The notes: generated by a model from the letters alone, not told the origin. Numbered from the stretch's first letter, positions 27,844-41,977 are shown. The stretch is DNA of 64,000 bases from Eledone cirrhosa (GCA_964016885.1 OZ024740.1:40300001-40364000), one strand, 5' to 3'. Numbers and translations: made by a program.

Positions 27844-27963
27844 ATTTCCTGAAGAAATGTAATCAAGTGTACTATGTATAGTGTTAATAATTGCTAATTA
27901 ATTATTTCCGATTGTTTTCATGTGCATATACTATTATAACCGTATTGAAACGGACGTAGAAAT
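27844..27963 (+). ncRNA. Type I hammerhead motif with very long stem II insert
   Basis: ATTTC-CTGAAGA-(about 90 nt)-GAAA-CGGACG-TA-GAAAT. Confidence 0.6.
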
Positions 27964-28002
27964 TAAAGAATGGATTTAAGTTGTGAATCTTGGTTTATTG
28001 TC

Positions 28003-28038
<36 letters not shown>

Positions 28039-28080
28039 ATACTCTTTTACTCTTTTACTTGTTCCAGCCATCCGGCTGAG

Positions 28081-28268
<188 letters not shown>

Positions 28269-28473
28269 TTTATTAACCTGTTGGTTTTATCGTTGCTTCG
28301 GTGTCGTGGCTGGGCTTGCCTGCCACAGTTTTCAATTTGTCATGGCGTTTAACGAATGTTATTACTCTGAGACTCCTCATTGAGTGCTTGGCTGTACAAT
28401 TCCTCATTGTATCTCGTTGGCTTGGCTACAGCCGCAGCTTCGATTTTACTAAACTTCCATTTATATATATATA

Positions 28474-28750
28474 TATATGAATGAAAATAGACCGAGAAAC
28501 GGGACTGTCCATCATCAGTGATCTGCTGATTATCATTGGTATTTCTTCGCATTAAAGACCAGATTCCTCAAAATCAGTGCGAACAATAACTAAAATAAGT
28601 TTTTGGGACAGAGGCTCTATCAATAACTTATTTTAGTTATTGCTTGCACTGATTTTGAGGAATCTGGTCTTTAATGCGAAGAAATACCAATATAGTCAGC
28701 AGATCACTGATGATGGACAGTCGAGTTTCTCGGTCTATTTTCATTCATAT
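28474..28750. repeat. Fold-back palindrome in (TA)n, about 23-nt spacer
   Basis: Arms 28474-28601 and 28625-28750; unique tail 28751-28790 on one side only. Confidence 0.85.
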
Positions 28751-28785
28751 GTATCACACGCAACAACGCAGAACGTCATTTTTTC

Positions 28786-28828
<43 letters not shown>

Positions 28829-28859
28829 AAAGAATAGAGGTGTAACACACAAGTTATTA

Positions 28860-29257
28860 TATATTGGTAAACGGAATAGAAAATGCTGACAAATTGTTCA
28901 CAGTTGAAAAATGGTTTAATTAGGAATAAAAGAGTATTAGTGATTGTATGGGTTAGTATTCAGTTGTGGTTTTAAGTTTTTAAGTTTTTACCGGTTGCGC
29001 ATTTCTAAATGCTTTTCAAAAATAATTTTGAGATAGAGTGTCTGTGTTGTTTGCTCTGATCAGAGCAAACAACACGGACACTCTATCTCAAAATTATTTT
29101 TGAAAAGCATTTAGAAATGCGCAACCGGTAAAAACTTAAAAACTTAAAACCACAACTGAATACTAACCCATACAATCACTATCACTAATACTCTTTTATT
29201 CCTAATTAAACCATTTTTCAACTGTGAACAATTTGTCAGCATTTTCTATTCCGTTTA

Positions 29258-29265
<8 letters not shown>
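28860..29265. repeat. Spacerless fold-back palindrome (centre 29059/29060)
   Basis: Centre GCTCTGATCAGAGC; arms differ by a small indel and a substitution; contains a degenerate relative of the 34476-34515 hammerhead. Confidence 0.9.
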
Positions 29266-29293
<28 letters not shown>

Positions 29294-29325
29294 AGAATAT
29301 TTTCGAAACAGCGAGTTGATTTGAA

Positions 29326-29551
29326 ATTATTAGAAATGTTAGTTATCGCCGTATTTTGTCTAAATAAATTAAAGAAATTATTTAGCCTGATAGTGGGGTT
29401 AAGAACCTTCGGAGAAATGGAAAAAGATGAGTATGTACGTCAATACTCATCTTTTTCCATTTCTCCGAGGGTTCTTAACACCACTATCAGGCTAAATAAT
29501 TTTTTTAATTTCTTTAGTCAAAATACGGCGATAGCTAACATTTCTAATAAT
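29326..29551. repeat. Fold-back palindrome in (TA)n, 8-nt spacer
   Basis: GATGAGTAT-gtacgtca-ATACTCATC centre; about 35-nt unique tail at 29291-29325 on one side. Confidence 0.9.
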
Positions 29552-30035
29552 ATATATATATATATATATACAATATTAAATAAATGGAAAACTATATTTA
29601 TAAAACCATATTTATTTCATTATATATATTTCGGGGATATCATATTAACAATATGCTATGCCTTCATCAGACAAAATACAATATAAACAGTTTTATAGAT
29701 AAATATATTCGACATACCGTAATAAACATCGACTTCATTTGAAGAGGTTTACGCTAGCAGTGAAAATACAGAGAGAAAGAAAGAGAGAAAAAAAAAGGGA
29801 GAAGAAAGAAAGAAAGACAAAACGAAGAAAAGGAAGAAAAAGAAGAAAAAGAAAAAGAAGAAATGCATGGAACAAAATAGAGAGATGGAAAAATAGATAA
29901 AGCGAAGAGCTTCATGTAAAGAAACAGAAAGATATATATATATAGAGAGAGAGAGGAAATAGAGATAGATACATATATATATATAGAAAATTAGGTAGTG
30001 GGAGGTCATTTTGAGTAAGTGTATCAATGATACAT

Positions 30036-30070
<35 letters not shown>

Positions 30071-31444
30071 GCTCAAGTATTAATGTAAGGGAGATATATA
30101 GAGAGATATAGAGAGATATATAGAGAGAAAAAAAATTTAAAAATAGCCAGACATATTCGAGGCGTAGAAAACCCTATGTTTTAATGTATTAGTATTTATA
30201 AAACTTACACTATATTGTAAATATCAGTATTCCTGAATGAAACAAGTATCCATAATGTGTGAAAATTCATTATCTTATGTTTAGTTTTAAAAAATTCATA
30301 TGTTTATGTGACAGCTACAAACATCAATGTGAATCCAACTGATTCACTCTGCAAACTCTAAGTTACCGGAAAACATTCTCAATGTGGTATAAAAATTTGA
30401 GCGTATTATTATTCTTGCGATTACTCTACAAGATTATCTATCAAGCAGAAATAGAGAGCAGATTTCAATATACCAATCAAAAATATATATTATATTATAA
30501 ACAAAACTAAAAATAAAAAGATAACAATAATGATAATAATAAGTAAAAATATAGAATAGAAAACTAAAAAAATATATTACGAAAGAATATTACATAATAA
30601 AAATATTGCATATTAAAAATACTACGTATTAAAAAATATTACGTATTAAAAATAAAATAAAAATAAAAAATAAAAAATATTATAGAATACTACAATACTA
30701 AAAGAATAAGGGAATACTAAAAGGTTAAGGGAATTTTTAGATTTTAGTATAAAGAATATCTCCTCTGCGCAGAGGTCACATGTCTCAGAGGATGAATTAA
30801 AAGGAATCCCTCTTGAGACTATATTCCAAGCCGTCGAATATCTAACGTTATCTAGCTTAAGTTGCCAGAGTACGCCTGATAGTGCCGTTGAAGATTTTTT
30901 ATTTGGATCTGTGAAAGAATTCTTGTGGTTATTATAGCGAAGTTTAAATTCCGTCGATGTGGAACCGACGTAGTTAAAAGAATTAGAGTCAGTATTAACA
31001 TTACAATTGTATACTATATTTTTAACTAAGCAGTTGTTATTTAACGGACATTTAGATCTATCTCTACAGTTACATTTGTTAACTTGTATATTATTTATGC
31101 TATTATCAGTAGGTTTTAAGTTCCTATTATTTATTCTATTAATATTTTGTGCTAAATTTTTGGTGGATGAGTAGGTTAATTTAATTGTATGCCTATTGAA
31201 GATTGAGTGATACCTATGTGTTCTAGGGAAGCGATTATCAAGAGCTTTGAAAAATAATTTAGCGATGTGGGTTTTAATGTTTAGTGAGAAAGGGGGGGGC
31301 AAACCAAATTATGTTCCTAGTTCTATTTCTTTTTTGTCCTTTGGAATTATTGTAATGCTTTCTATTATAGTTGTTAATGTTGTTGCCGTAATTAAAAAAG
31401 TTGTTACTTTGTTTAGTTTGTCTATCATTATCTATGTACACAAT

Positions 31445-31631
31445 GGCGGTGGATTGGCAGTATCGGTAGAGGTTCGGACGCCATGCTTTGACGCATAGAG
31501 TTACGGCCCTTGCCATTCTGAGTTCAAATCCCGCCGAGGTTAACTTTGCCTTTCATCCTTACGGGGTCGATAAAATAAAGTACCAGTAATGTACTGGGTA
31601 ATTTTCTGGCCTTGTGCCAATAGTAGAAACA
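31445..31631 (+). mobile_element. SINE family 1 insertion with 18-bp TSD
   Basis: ATTATCTATGTACACAAT at 31427-31444 and 31632-31649; the empty site is visible in the opposite arm at about 32000-32017. Confidence 0.92.
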
Positions 31632-32002
31632 ATTATCTATGTACACAATCTTATCAGCATACCCTGCCCTAGCTAGTGCATCATTATAGTACTGGGCCTT
31701 TTCGTCAAAAATCTTTCTATTCGACGAGATCCTAGAGATACGTTTTTGGACTGAGTTTACTATAGTGTTTTTGACAGATCTGGGGTGGTTAGAGTTAAAG
31801 TTGACATAGTTTAAGTTTTCATTCAACTTGTGAAAAGGATAGTGGAGACATGTGTTGAGATTTAATGTTATATCTAAGAAATTGACTAGTAAACTCAGTC
31901 CAAAAACGTATCTCTAGGATCTCGTCGAATAGAAAGATTTTTGACGAAAAGGCCCAGTACTATAATGATGCACTAGCTAGGGCAGGGTATGCTGATAAGA
32001 TT

Positions 32003-32797
32003 GTGTACATAGATAATGATAGACAAACTAAACAAAGTAACAACTTTTTTAATTACGGCAACAACATTAACAACTATAATAGAAAGCATTACAATAATTC
32101 CAAAGGACAAAAAAGAAATAGAACTAGGAACATAATTTGGTTTGCCCCCCCTTTCTCACTAAACATTAAAACCCACATCGCTAAATTATTTTTCAAAGCT
32201 CTTGATAATCGCTTCCCTAGAACACATAGGTATCACTCAATCTTCAATAGGCATACAATTAAATTAACCTACTCATCCACCAAAAATTTAGCACAAAATA
32301 TTAATAGAATAAATAATAGGAACTTAAAACCTACTGATAATAGCATAAATAATATACAAGTTAACAAATGTAACTGTAGAGATAGATCTAAATGTCCGTT
32401 AAATAACAACTGCTTAGTTAAAAATATAGTATACAATTGTAATGTTAATACTGACTCTAATTCTTTTAACTACGTCGGTTCCACATCGACGGAATTTAAA
32501 CTTCGCTATAATAACCACAAGAATTCTTTCACAGATCCAAATAAAAAATCTTCAACGGCACTATCAGGCGTACTCTGGCAACTTAAGCTAGATAACGTTA
32601 GATATTCGACGGCTTGGAATATAGTCTCAAGAGGGATTCCTTTTAATTCATCCTCTGAGACATGTGACCTCTGCGCAGAGGAGATATTCTTTATACTAAA
32701 ATCTAAAAATTCCCTTAACCTTTTAGTATTCCCTTATTCTTTTAGTATTGTAGTATTCTATAATATTTTTTATTTTTTATTTTTATTTTATTTTTAA
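32003..32797 (+). CDS. Penelope linker + GIY-YIG endonuclease (truncated ORF, mirrored at 30646-31444 minus)
   Basis: IIWFAPPFS, CNCR..CPL..C, IVY...YVGST..FKLRYNNH, LS..LW.LK, CDLCAEE. Confidence 0.9.
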   Translation: MYIDNDRQTKQSNNFFNYGNNINNYNRKHYNNSKGQKRNRTRNIIWFAPPFSLNIKTHIAKLFFKALDNRFPRTHRYHSIFNRHTIKLTYSSTKNLAQNINRINNRNLKPTDNSINNIQVNKCNCRDRSKCPLNNNCLVKNIVYNCNVNTDSNSFNYVGSTSTEFKLRYNNHKNSFTDPNKKSSTALSGVLWQLKLDNVRYSTAWNIVSRGIPFNSSSETCDLCAEEIFFILKSKNSLNLLVFPYSFSIVVFYNIFYFLFLFYF

Positions 32798-33372
32798 TAC
32801 GTAATATTTTTTAATACGTAGTATTTTTAATATGCAATATTTTTATTATGTAATATTCTTTCGTAATATATTTTTTTAGTTTTCTATTCTATATTTTTAC
32901 TTATTATTATCATTATTGTTATCTTTTTATTTTTAGTTTTGTTTATAATATAATATATATTTTTGATTGGTATATTGAAATCTGCTCTCTATTTCTGCTT
33001 GATAGATAATCTTGTAGAGTAATCGCAAGAATAATAATACGCTCAAATTTTTATACCACATTGAGAATGTTTTCCGGTAACTTAGAGTTTGCAGAGTGAA
33101 TCAGTTGGATTCACATTGATGTTTGTAGCTGTCACATAAACATATGAATTTTTTAAAACTAAACATAAGATAATGAATTTTCACACATTATGGATACTTG
33201 TTTCATTCAGGAATACTGATATTTACAATATAGTGTAAGTTTTATAAATACTAATACATTAAAACATAGGGTTTTCTACGCCTCGAATATGTCTGGCTAT
33301 TTTTAAATTTTTTTTCTCTCTATATATCTCTCTATATCTCTCTATATATCTCCCTTACATTAATACTTGAGC

Positions 33373-33407
<35 letters not shown>

Positions 33408-33764
33408 ATGTATCATTGATACACTTACTCAAAATGACCTCCCACTACCTAATTTTCTATATATATATATGTATCTATCTCTATTTCCTCTCTCTCTCTA
33501 TATATATATATCTTTCTGTTTCTTTACATGAAGCTCTTCGCTTTATCTATTTTTCCATCTCTCTATTTTGTTCCATGCATTTCTTCTTTTTCTTTTTCTT
33601 CTTTTTCTTCCTTTTCTTCGTTTTGTCTTTCTTTCTTTCTTCTCCCTTTTTTTTTCTCTCTTTCTTTCTCTCTGTATTTTCACTGCTAGCGTAAACCTCT
33701 TCAAATGAAGTCGATGTTTATTACGGTATGTCGAATATATTTATCTATAAAACTGTTTATATTG

Positions 33765-33830
33765 TATTTTGTCTGATGAAGGCATAGCATATTGTTAATA
33801 TGATATCCCCGAAATATATATAATGAAATA
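33765..33830 (+). ncRNA. Hammerhead ribozyme motif at Penelope 3' end
   Basis: TATTTTGT-CTGATGA-aGGCATAGCATATT gtt AATATGATATCCcc-GAAA-TATATA-TA-ATGAAATA; mirror copy 29613-29678; family copies 41871-41936(+) and 40177-40242(-, core mutated). Confidence 0.85.
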
Positions 33831-33958
33831 AATATGGTTTTATAAATATAGTTTTCCATTTATTTAATATTGTAAATATACTCCAAATATTTGTCGAGTG
33901 CTTTTATATCAGTTATAAATATTTACTAGTTGTAACCCAACAATTTTAAATATAACTT

Positions 33959-34043
<85 letters not shown>

Positions 34044-34240
34044 TTATTCGGTCCTCAATGTTGCCATTGACTGGCCAACGGTCAAAAATAATACAGATAC
34101 AATATAGACACAAACACATATATATAGTTTATCAAAGTTCTTTCGTTGCACATCTGCAACATCGTCAGTGGTGCTATTGTTTCCTCCCGTTGCAGTGTAT
34201 TTTCTACGCCATCTTTATTTAGTCTGTATATATATATATA

Positions 34241-34560
34241 TTAGAAAGTGAGGTTTTTTTTACAAAATGAAAAATAACCGAGGTGTCCTACACGAGTGAA
34301 AGTATAAAGAAAAAAAGATGAAATCGAAAATGCAACTGGAGTCTTATTTTAAAAAAATATATATATTTGTATATGGGTGTTATGTGTTTGTGTGTGTGTG
34401 TGGGGGGGGGGGGGGGAGTATGTTAAGATGGAGAGAATATATATATTTTGTGTGTGTATATATATATTTATTGGTTCCTTTACCGGTTTCGCAGTTCTTC
34501 TGCTTTTCAAAAGTAGAGTTGAGATGGAGGGTCTGTGGTTTTTCTCACATCTGGTTGGTC
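34241..34560 (-). mobile_element. PLE-type terminus with U3-A8 variant hammerhead (34476-34515)
   Basis: Minus strand CTT-TTGAAAA-GCAG aagaa CTGC-GAAA-CCGG-TA-AAG; same family forms the palindrome 36274-36562. Confidence 0.6.
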
Positions 34561-35029
34561 TCTGAATGTTACTTGTTTTATATGGAAAAAAGTGGCTCGA
34601 AATGCCAGGTTTTTAGAGAAGTAATTTGATTGGTTGGTCAATAATTATAATAAATTTCGCGCCAGTTCGCGTTACAAAGTTCTTCAAACAAGGGGGGGGG
34701 GTTTCATATATGAGTGTTTGAATTTCTTTTTACTTAAAAAAAAGGGGCTCACGAAGGCTTTTTTTTTTAAATAAACGTAATTTGATTGGTTATAAATGAA
34801 ATTATGGCTGTCACGTGAACAAGTTTTCATTAAATTTTCGCGTCCTTATTTGGAAATCTATTCTGTAGCCTTTTTAGAGAATTTTATGACAAGCAAAAGA
34901 TAATGGTCAAGAGAAATTGGATGGGAGAATTGTTCTGGTTCAGTGAATATGGTTAGTTCGCTGGGGTGTCAGCATTCAGATTTTCTATTGAAGTAAAGAA
35001 AGTAAAGATGTGTATGTTTATTTGTGTGC

Positions 35030-35089
<60 letters not shown>

Positions 35090-35505
35090 TGCAAGATGAT
35101 TCTATTAGTAGAAATGGGGGTGGGAGTTGTGTGTGTGTGTGGGGGGGGTATGTTAAGATGGAGAGAATATATATATTTTGTGTGTATATATGTGTGTAGG
35201 AAAGTGATTCTATTAGTAGAAATGGGGGAGGGAGTTGTGTGTGTGGGGGTTGTTATGTGTGTGTATGGGTGTTATGTGTGTGGGAGTATGGTTAGCATGT
35301 TAAGATGAAGAGAATATATATATATATTGTGTGTGTGTGTGTAGGAAAATGATTCCTTTACTAGGAATATTTTTGAATAAACATATTTTCCTTACTTATT
35401 CGTATTTGTTCTGTTGTATTGTCAGTGCAAACGTATGTTAAGGTTTATTTAGTTCGGGTTTTTATTTTCTAAAGTAGCAGGTGTTATGTGTGTGTGTATG
35501 TGTCT

Positions 35506-35590
35506 GAAGAAGAAGAAGAAGAAGAAGAAGAAGAAGAAGAAGAAGAAGAAGAAGAAGAAGAAGAAGAAGAAGAAGAAGAAGAAGAAGAAG
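35506..35590. repeat. (GAA)n microsatellite
   Basis: Direct read; source of the poly-Lys pseudo-ORF. Confidence 0.98.
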
Positions 35591-35675
35591 AGTGAAATAT
35601 TCATTAAAAGCAACAGAAGGCCAGACTGGAAACTTTTTTATTTTATTTTAATTCTCCGAAAACACTATACATATT

Positions 35676-35900
35676 GCAATGGCCCAGTTTCATCATCCAA
35701 TCATGATGCAAGATTTATACGATTTCATCAGGTGTTGATTGCAGAATTAGTTCTATAAGATAACATGATTACGGCAACCACAAACAGTAACGGAAAACCA
35801 TCCCCCGTAGTCATGTTATCTTATATAACTAATTCTGCAATCAACACCTGATGAAATCACCAAATGCTTGCATCAAAATCGGATGATGAAACTGGGCATT
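35676..35900. repeat. Diverged fold-back palindrome, about 30-nt spacer
   Basis: Arms about 35676-35774 and 35805-35900; CTGATGA...GAAA present but no convincing stem I. Confidence 0.8.
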
Positions 35901-36203
35901 TATATATATATATAAATGAAGTAATTCCGTCGGAAAGGTCCAGGAAAAAAGAGTGCTCTATGTAGGTTACAGAGCTTATTAGTTATGTAATAAACAACAT
36001 AAGATAATTATTTCATTTACCAGTGGTTTCTTGAAAGCAAATAAATCTGCTTTCAGTCGTCAGACTGAAAAAAATCCTGGTGTTTTTATTGAATGTGGTT
36101 TTCAAAAAAATATGTTTATTACATAACTATATATATATATAAAATTAGAATTTTATTTCTCACTCTAGCACAACTGATACATATATGTAAGCATGCACAC
36201 GTA

Positions 36204-36273
<70 letters not shown>

Positions 36274-36280
<7 letters not shown>

Positions 36281-36562
36281 AAAAAAGATGAAATCGAAAA
36301 TGCAACTGGAGTCTTTTTTGTTTTAAATATATTTATTTGGTTCCTTTACCGGTTTTTCAGTGAGAAAAACCACAAACCCTCCATCTCAATTCTACTTTTG
36401 AAAAGCACAAGAACTGCAAAACCGGTAAAAGAACCAAATAAATATATTTTAAAAAAAAAGACTCCAGTTGCATTTTCGATTTCATCTTTTTTCCTTATAC
36501 TTTCACTCGTGTAGGACACCTCTTTTTTTTTTTCATTTTGTAAAAAAACCTCACTTTCTAAT
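36274..36562. mobile_element. Fold-back palindrome of PLE-type terminus in (TA)n
   Basis: Short left arm 36274-36357 inverted to 36418-36499; tail 36500-36562 matches the reverse complement of 34241-34303. Confidence 0.8.
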
Positions 36563-37483
36563 ATATATATATGTAACGAAATCTGTCCGCGCCTTGAACT
36601 TTGGGTGATACCTAAAGGTTAAATCCTAGGTCAACACTCTCTTTGGTGTAGACAGGTGGATTCGTTGGCTGTCCTCTCAAGGTGGGGGACAGGAAGTGAC
36701 AGCTATATATAGACCATGTACAAACCATTCTGAACAGAGACATCGAAGCGATAGGATATGCAACTAACTATGTAAGGATTACTGCTATCAACAGACCCCC
36801 GTGGTCTACCAACAGACCCCATGAGGCCTCCAGATACACACACAGAGATTGGAATCTCTATTACTACAGACTATCTGCAAGCCACGGTAGTTCACAGTTA
36901 CTACAGACCATTCAGAGATATACGAACCATATCTAATTTCTCTTACTAACACGGTCTAACAACTACTACCACGGTCTCCAAATTCCAACAACAACAATTA
37001 TCTATCGCTCGCTGTTTTCACACCAACAACAACAGCCTACACATCAACAACAAAATAATTGTTTCTACTTTTGGCCCAAGGCCATCAAATTAACCAGTAC
37101 ATTACTGGTACTTTATTTTATTCACTCCGTAAGGATGAAAAGCAAAGTTAACCTCGGCGGGATTTTAACTTAGACCGCAAAGGGACGTAACTATGCTGGA
37201 AAGCATGGCGTCCGACCCTCTACCGATACTGCCAATCCCAAAATAATATTGTCAATCTTTTCAACTTATGGTAACTGTTTTATATGTACTTATTAAATGA
37301 TTTACGTGAAGTAAACTATATATAACCAAATCATTTATTCCTAGTATTCTTAATATTCTTACATTCATTATATTCTCTTTATTACATTTATTCATATTAT
37401 ACTTTATTATCATTTCTAATAACCACATATAACCCATCTAAACTTTTAATTTATACCTTTCGTTAAATATATAGACACACACG

Positions 37484-37549
<66 letters not shown>

Positions 37550-38925
37550 CACACACATATATACATATACGTATGTAGGTATGGGTTATATCGAACACTA
37601 ATAATTGTTTCTACTTTAGACACAAGGCCAGCAATTACCCAGTGCATTACTGATACTTTATTTTATCGACTCCGTAAGGATGAAAGGCAAAGTTAACCTC
37701 GGCGGGATTTGAACTCAGGTCATGAAGGGCCGTAACTCTATACTGCAAAGCATGGCGTCCGACCCTCTCCCGATACTGCCATATATACATAATGTTCGAT
37801 TCGTTTGTAAACAACGACCCGATTTAAAGCTGTGCCGTGCCATGACCGATCGTCATCTGTTTGTTCAACACTGGCATTGAGGAACAATCAACATATTTCT
37901 GGGTCATTACCCTTCACCGAAGGGTATTTTTAGTTAAGAAGTTGTTAGATGGATTAACAGTTGTTAGAAATTGTTAGATGAAGTAATATGGTTATTAGAT
38001 GAAATAACAAGACTATTTACTTCATATATAAAGGTTTACTTCACTTCAGTCAAAAAGAACAATAATCAAGTTACCACGAGCTGCGAAGGTTGACAAATGT
38101 TATTTTGTTGTTGATGTCAAAACAGCGAGCGACCAGATAAAGTTTGTTTGTGGTAGTAGTTCTCGTCGTGAGTCTGGTTTAGTCTGCGACCAGGAGAGAA
38201 AGAAAGTAATGGTCTGTAGACCTCTGAATGGTCTGTAGTTGACTGTAGACCACTGTAGCCTGTAGATAACGGTGAATCTTTCACATAGATTGTAATAGCG
38301 TACTGCTCCGATCGCTCTGTATGTCTGTAGACCTCTGGGGCCTGAAGGTAGCGGTGAATCTTTCACATGGCTTGTCTGTATCGTGGTGCTCCGATCTCTC
38401 TGTATAAACGTGGGATGATATAGGCTTTATATACCTGTCGCTTTCTGTCTCCCACCTCGAGGGGATAGCCCACGCATGAACCTGTTCACACCAAAAGGGT
38501 GGTGACCTAGAGTTTGACCTTTAGGTGTTACCCAAGGTTCAAGGCGTGGACAGATTTCGCTACATACCTCTGCCAGTCTGTTTGAAAATATATAGTATTT
38601 TCTTAAGTACAATCGGCTAAGTAGTAGTGAACAAATAGTTGACGATCGGTTGTTTACAAGCGAATCGAACATTATTATTAACGGGTGAATTGGCAGTATC
38701 GGTAGAGGGTTGGACGCCATGCTTTCTAGCATAGTTACGTCCCTTTACAGTCTGAGTTCAAATCCCGCCGAGGTTAACTTTGCCTTTCATACTTACGGGG
38801 TCGATAAAATAAAGTACCAGTAATGTACTGGGTAATTGCTGGCCTTGTGCCAAAAGTAGAAACAATTATTATTAGCGTTCGATATAACCAATACGTACAT
38901 ATGTATATGTATATATATGTGTGTG

Positions 38926-39010
<85 letters not shown>

Positions 39011-40046
39011 CTGTTATTGTATTAAATATTTACTCTTGAATGGCCAGAGGTGTTTATTTCCAGGTACCTTATGAATTTGACTTTCCGTATTTATTACTGT
39101 TGTGAAATGTGGCTTTTTTTGGTTGTAACTTCTCGGTTTTTAGCCTAGGAAAATATATATATATGCCTACGTATATAATTACATGCATATATGTATTTAT
39201 TTTCTTTTATTAATTGAGTTCTTTACACGAGGAATTAATATTGGTTTTGAAATAACTAATTAACCCGCGTGTGTTTTATATTTTACTCTTAATAATTCGG
39301 CCGGAGAATTATATTCCCATTTGCCCTTTATAGCATAACTTTCTGCATTTACTGCGGTTATGAGAAGCGGTTCTTATTCGGGTACAACTTCTGTTTTAGC
39401 CTAAGAAAATATCTATATACGTGTGTAATTTATACAAGCATATATTTATTTTTTTTATTTTCAATTGAGTTCTTAAACACGTTGGATTGATAATGTTTTC
39501 AAAAAAACTAATTAAGCCGCGTGTATATTATTATTTTTTTCCTCATTTCGTGGGTTGTCTCCCCTTCCCGCTTCGTGTCGCTATGATACTTCCTCAGTCA
39601 AAAACTGCTGGAATTTCAAATTTAGCGGTCATTCTAGGTGAGAGAGACCAACTTTACGGACATGATTTTTGACAGCGGTAAGAAATTGTTTTCTTATATC
39701 AATGTTTAATGGGCTTCCACTGACGATTTATAAGTGCCCACCTAAATATATTCTTACATGAATATATATTAGGCTTCTACATAAACTGGAAACATTCTCC
39801 CAAACTTGTAGAAAACTTATAATGAAACAATTGTTTGGAAAGAGAGATATACTTTAACTTTAATTATATCTCATAAAATAATACAACTGGTTTTTCCACA
39901 TTATACATATTGTTAGCACCCCAAACACTTAAATTGGGTTTATATTTTAATATAACCTAATGTTTGTTGAGTGAGATGGTTACCAGTCAGAGTTTAGCTT
40001 TAAACTATCTCTGTTATTGTATTAAATATATATATATATATATATG

Positions 40047-41977
40047 CAAAAGTTTTATTTAAAATTGTTGGGTTACAACGAGTAAATATTTTATAACTGA
40101 TATAAAAGCACTCAACAAGTTTTGGAGTATATTTACGATATTAAACAAATGGAAACTACATTTATAAAACCATATTTATTTCATTATATATATTTCAGGG
40201 ATATCATATTAAAAATATGGTATGCCCTCTCCAGACAAAATACAATATATAAACAGTTTTATAAATAAATTTGACATACCTTAAACTTTACAACTTCCGG
40301 AGGAGATATTCTTTATACTAAAATCTAAAAATTCCCTTAATTTACGGACCAATTTATTCAGTTGCTGCAGACATAGATTGAACCCAACTTTTAAATATAA
40401 ATATAAATTTAAAATGTAGTATATTTACTTAAGATATTTAATTATTTATGAAACTTGGCGATAAATCTTTCGATTCCTTCAATTTTTTTTAAACCTTCTT
40501 CATGAGTATATAATTAATGATGTAATTAAACTACCTTAAAATGGTGATGCTCCCAATCTATTGAATAAATTTTAAGCTAGATAAACTTCTATAATAATTA
40601 TAAGAGCATCTGTAGAACAACTGGGTATCCTAAATTTTTTTGAATGATTTCTGCTAAATAAGTTTTGTTGAATAATTTTGGTTTTGTTTGCTTTTGATTC
40701 TGATTGCTTCTAATGAACTTGGCAATATATTGTCAAATAAATTGGAAGGGTTGATTTCTGTGGTTGATATGCGGGGCACACTGTGTTTTCTTACGGCTCT
40801 AGATACTCTGGGGAGTGAAATATTCTTGGCGTTTTTAATATATTGATATCTGTTGTCTATTCTATGCTTGAACGATAATCATGTAAGAGAGGGCAAGAAT
40901 ATTATTATTAATAATGTATATTTTATGTATATATATATATGTATGGTAGAATCTTTTGTAACGCAATGAAGATTTTCATGTGAAATAAGAATTTACAGAG
41001 CTGATCACGTAAACTCACATGTGTGTCTATAATGTCAACTTGAATTTGAGATAACCTTCTCTTTTTTCTTTCTCTTTTCTCTTTTTCTTTTTTCATGAAA
41101 ATACATATATACTTATGTATTTCAGTAGTTTTTTTGAAGTTTTATCTCAGATTTTGATTATAAACCTAAGAATTTTTAAACTAAACATATAGTCATTATT
41201 TTTTCACACATTATTGATATGTGTCTCATTCATGAATATTGATATTTACATTATAATACCTAATTCATATGAATTGATAAACTGATGAAACATAATATTT
41301 TAAATCTATTATCTTTCTTTCTGAATATATCTCTTCTCCTCCTCCCTCTACACTTGACGGGACTTATGTATCGGCTGATTTAACTCTACCTCCTGTATCT
41401 CACCCCTCCCCTATCTCTCCCACCTCGTATAATAGATATTACTCGATCTACCTCTTTTCTCCCACCACCTATATCTCTCTCTACCTCTCTTTATTTATTT
41501 TTATTTTATTTCTCTCCGTATCCTTAACACTATAACTAAATAAATAAATAAATAAATAAATAATTACAGTACCCCCTTCCCTCCTAAATCTCTCATTTGT
41601 ACGTTATTCATCTGTGCCCCAGCTGCCTATCATATTTCTCTCTCCCATATCTCTCTCTCTATCTCGCTCTGTTGTTTTTTCTTTACATACATTTCTTCAT
41701 TTTCTTCGTCTTCCTCTCTAACTGTCCTTAGCACTATACACTTTCTTTCTTTTTCTCTTCGTCTTTCTTTCTAACTGTCCTTAACATTTTCACTACCAAA
41801 ACAACTTTTTAAATGGAAGTTGTAAAGTTTAAGGTATGTCAAATTTATTTATAAAACTGTTTATATATTGTATTTTGTCTGAAGAGGGCATACCATATTT
41901 TTAATATGATATCCCTGAAATATATATAATGAAATAAATATGGTTTTATAAATGTAGTTTCCATTTGTTTAATATCG

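Larger units (their letters stand above)
29569..33960. mobile_element. Penelope-like element: 5'-truncated, head-to-head inverted duplication (4.3 kb)
   Basis: Arms 29569-31762 and 31887-33874; minus-strand frame through the spacer reads VNFLDITLNL...YVNFNSNHP (RT end/thumb); terminal hammerheads at 29613-29678(-) and 33765-33830(+); 3' tail 33875-33958 on the right arm only. Confidence 0.92.
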
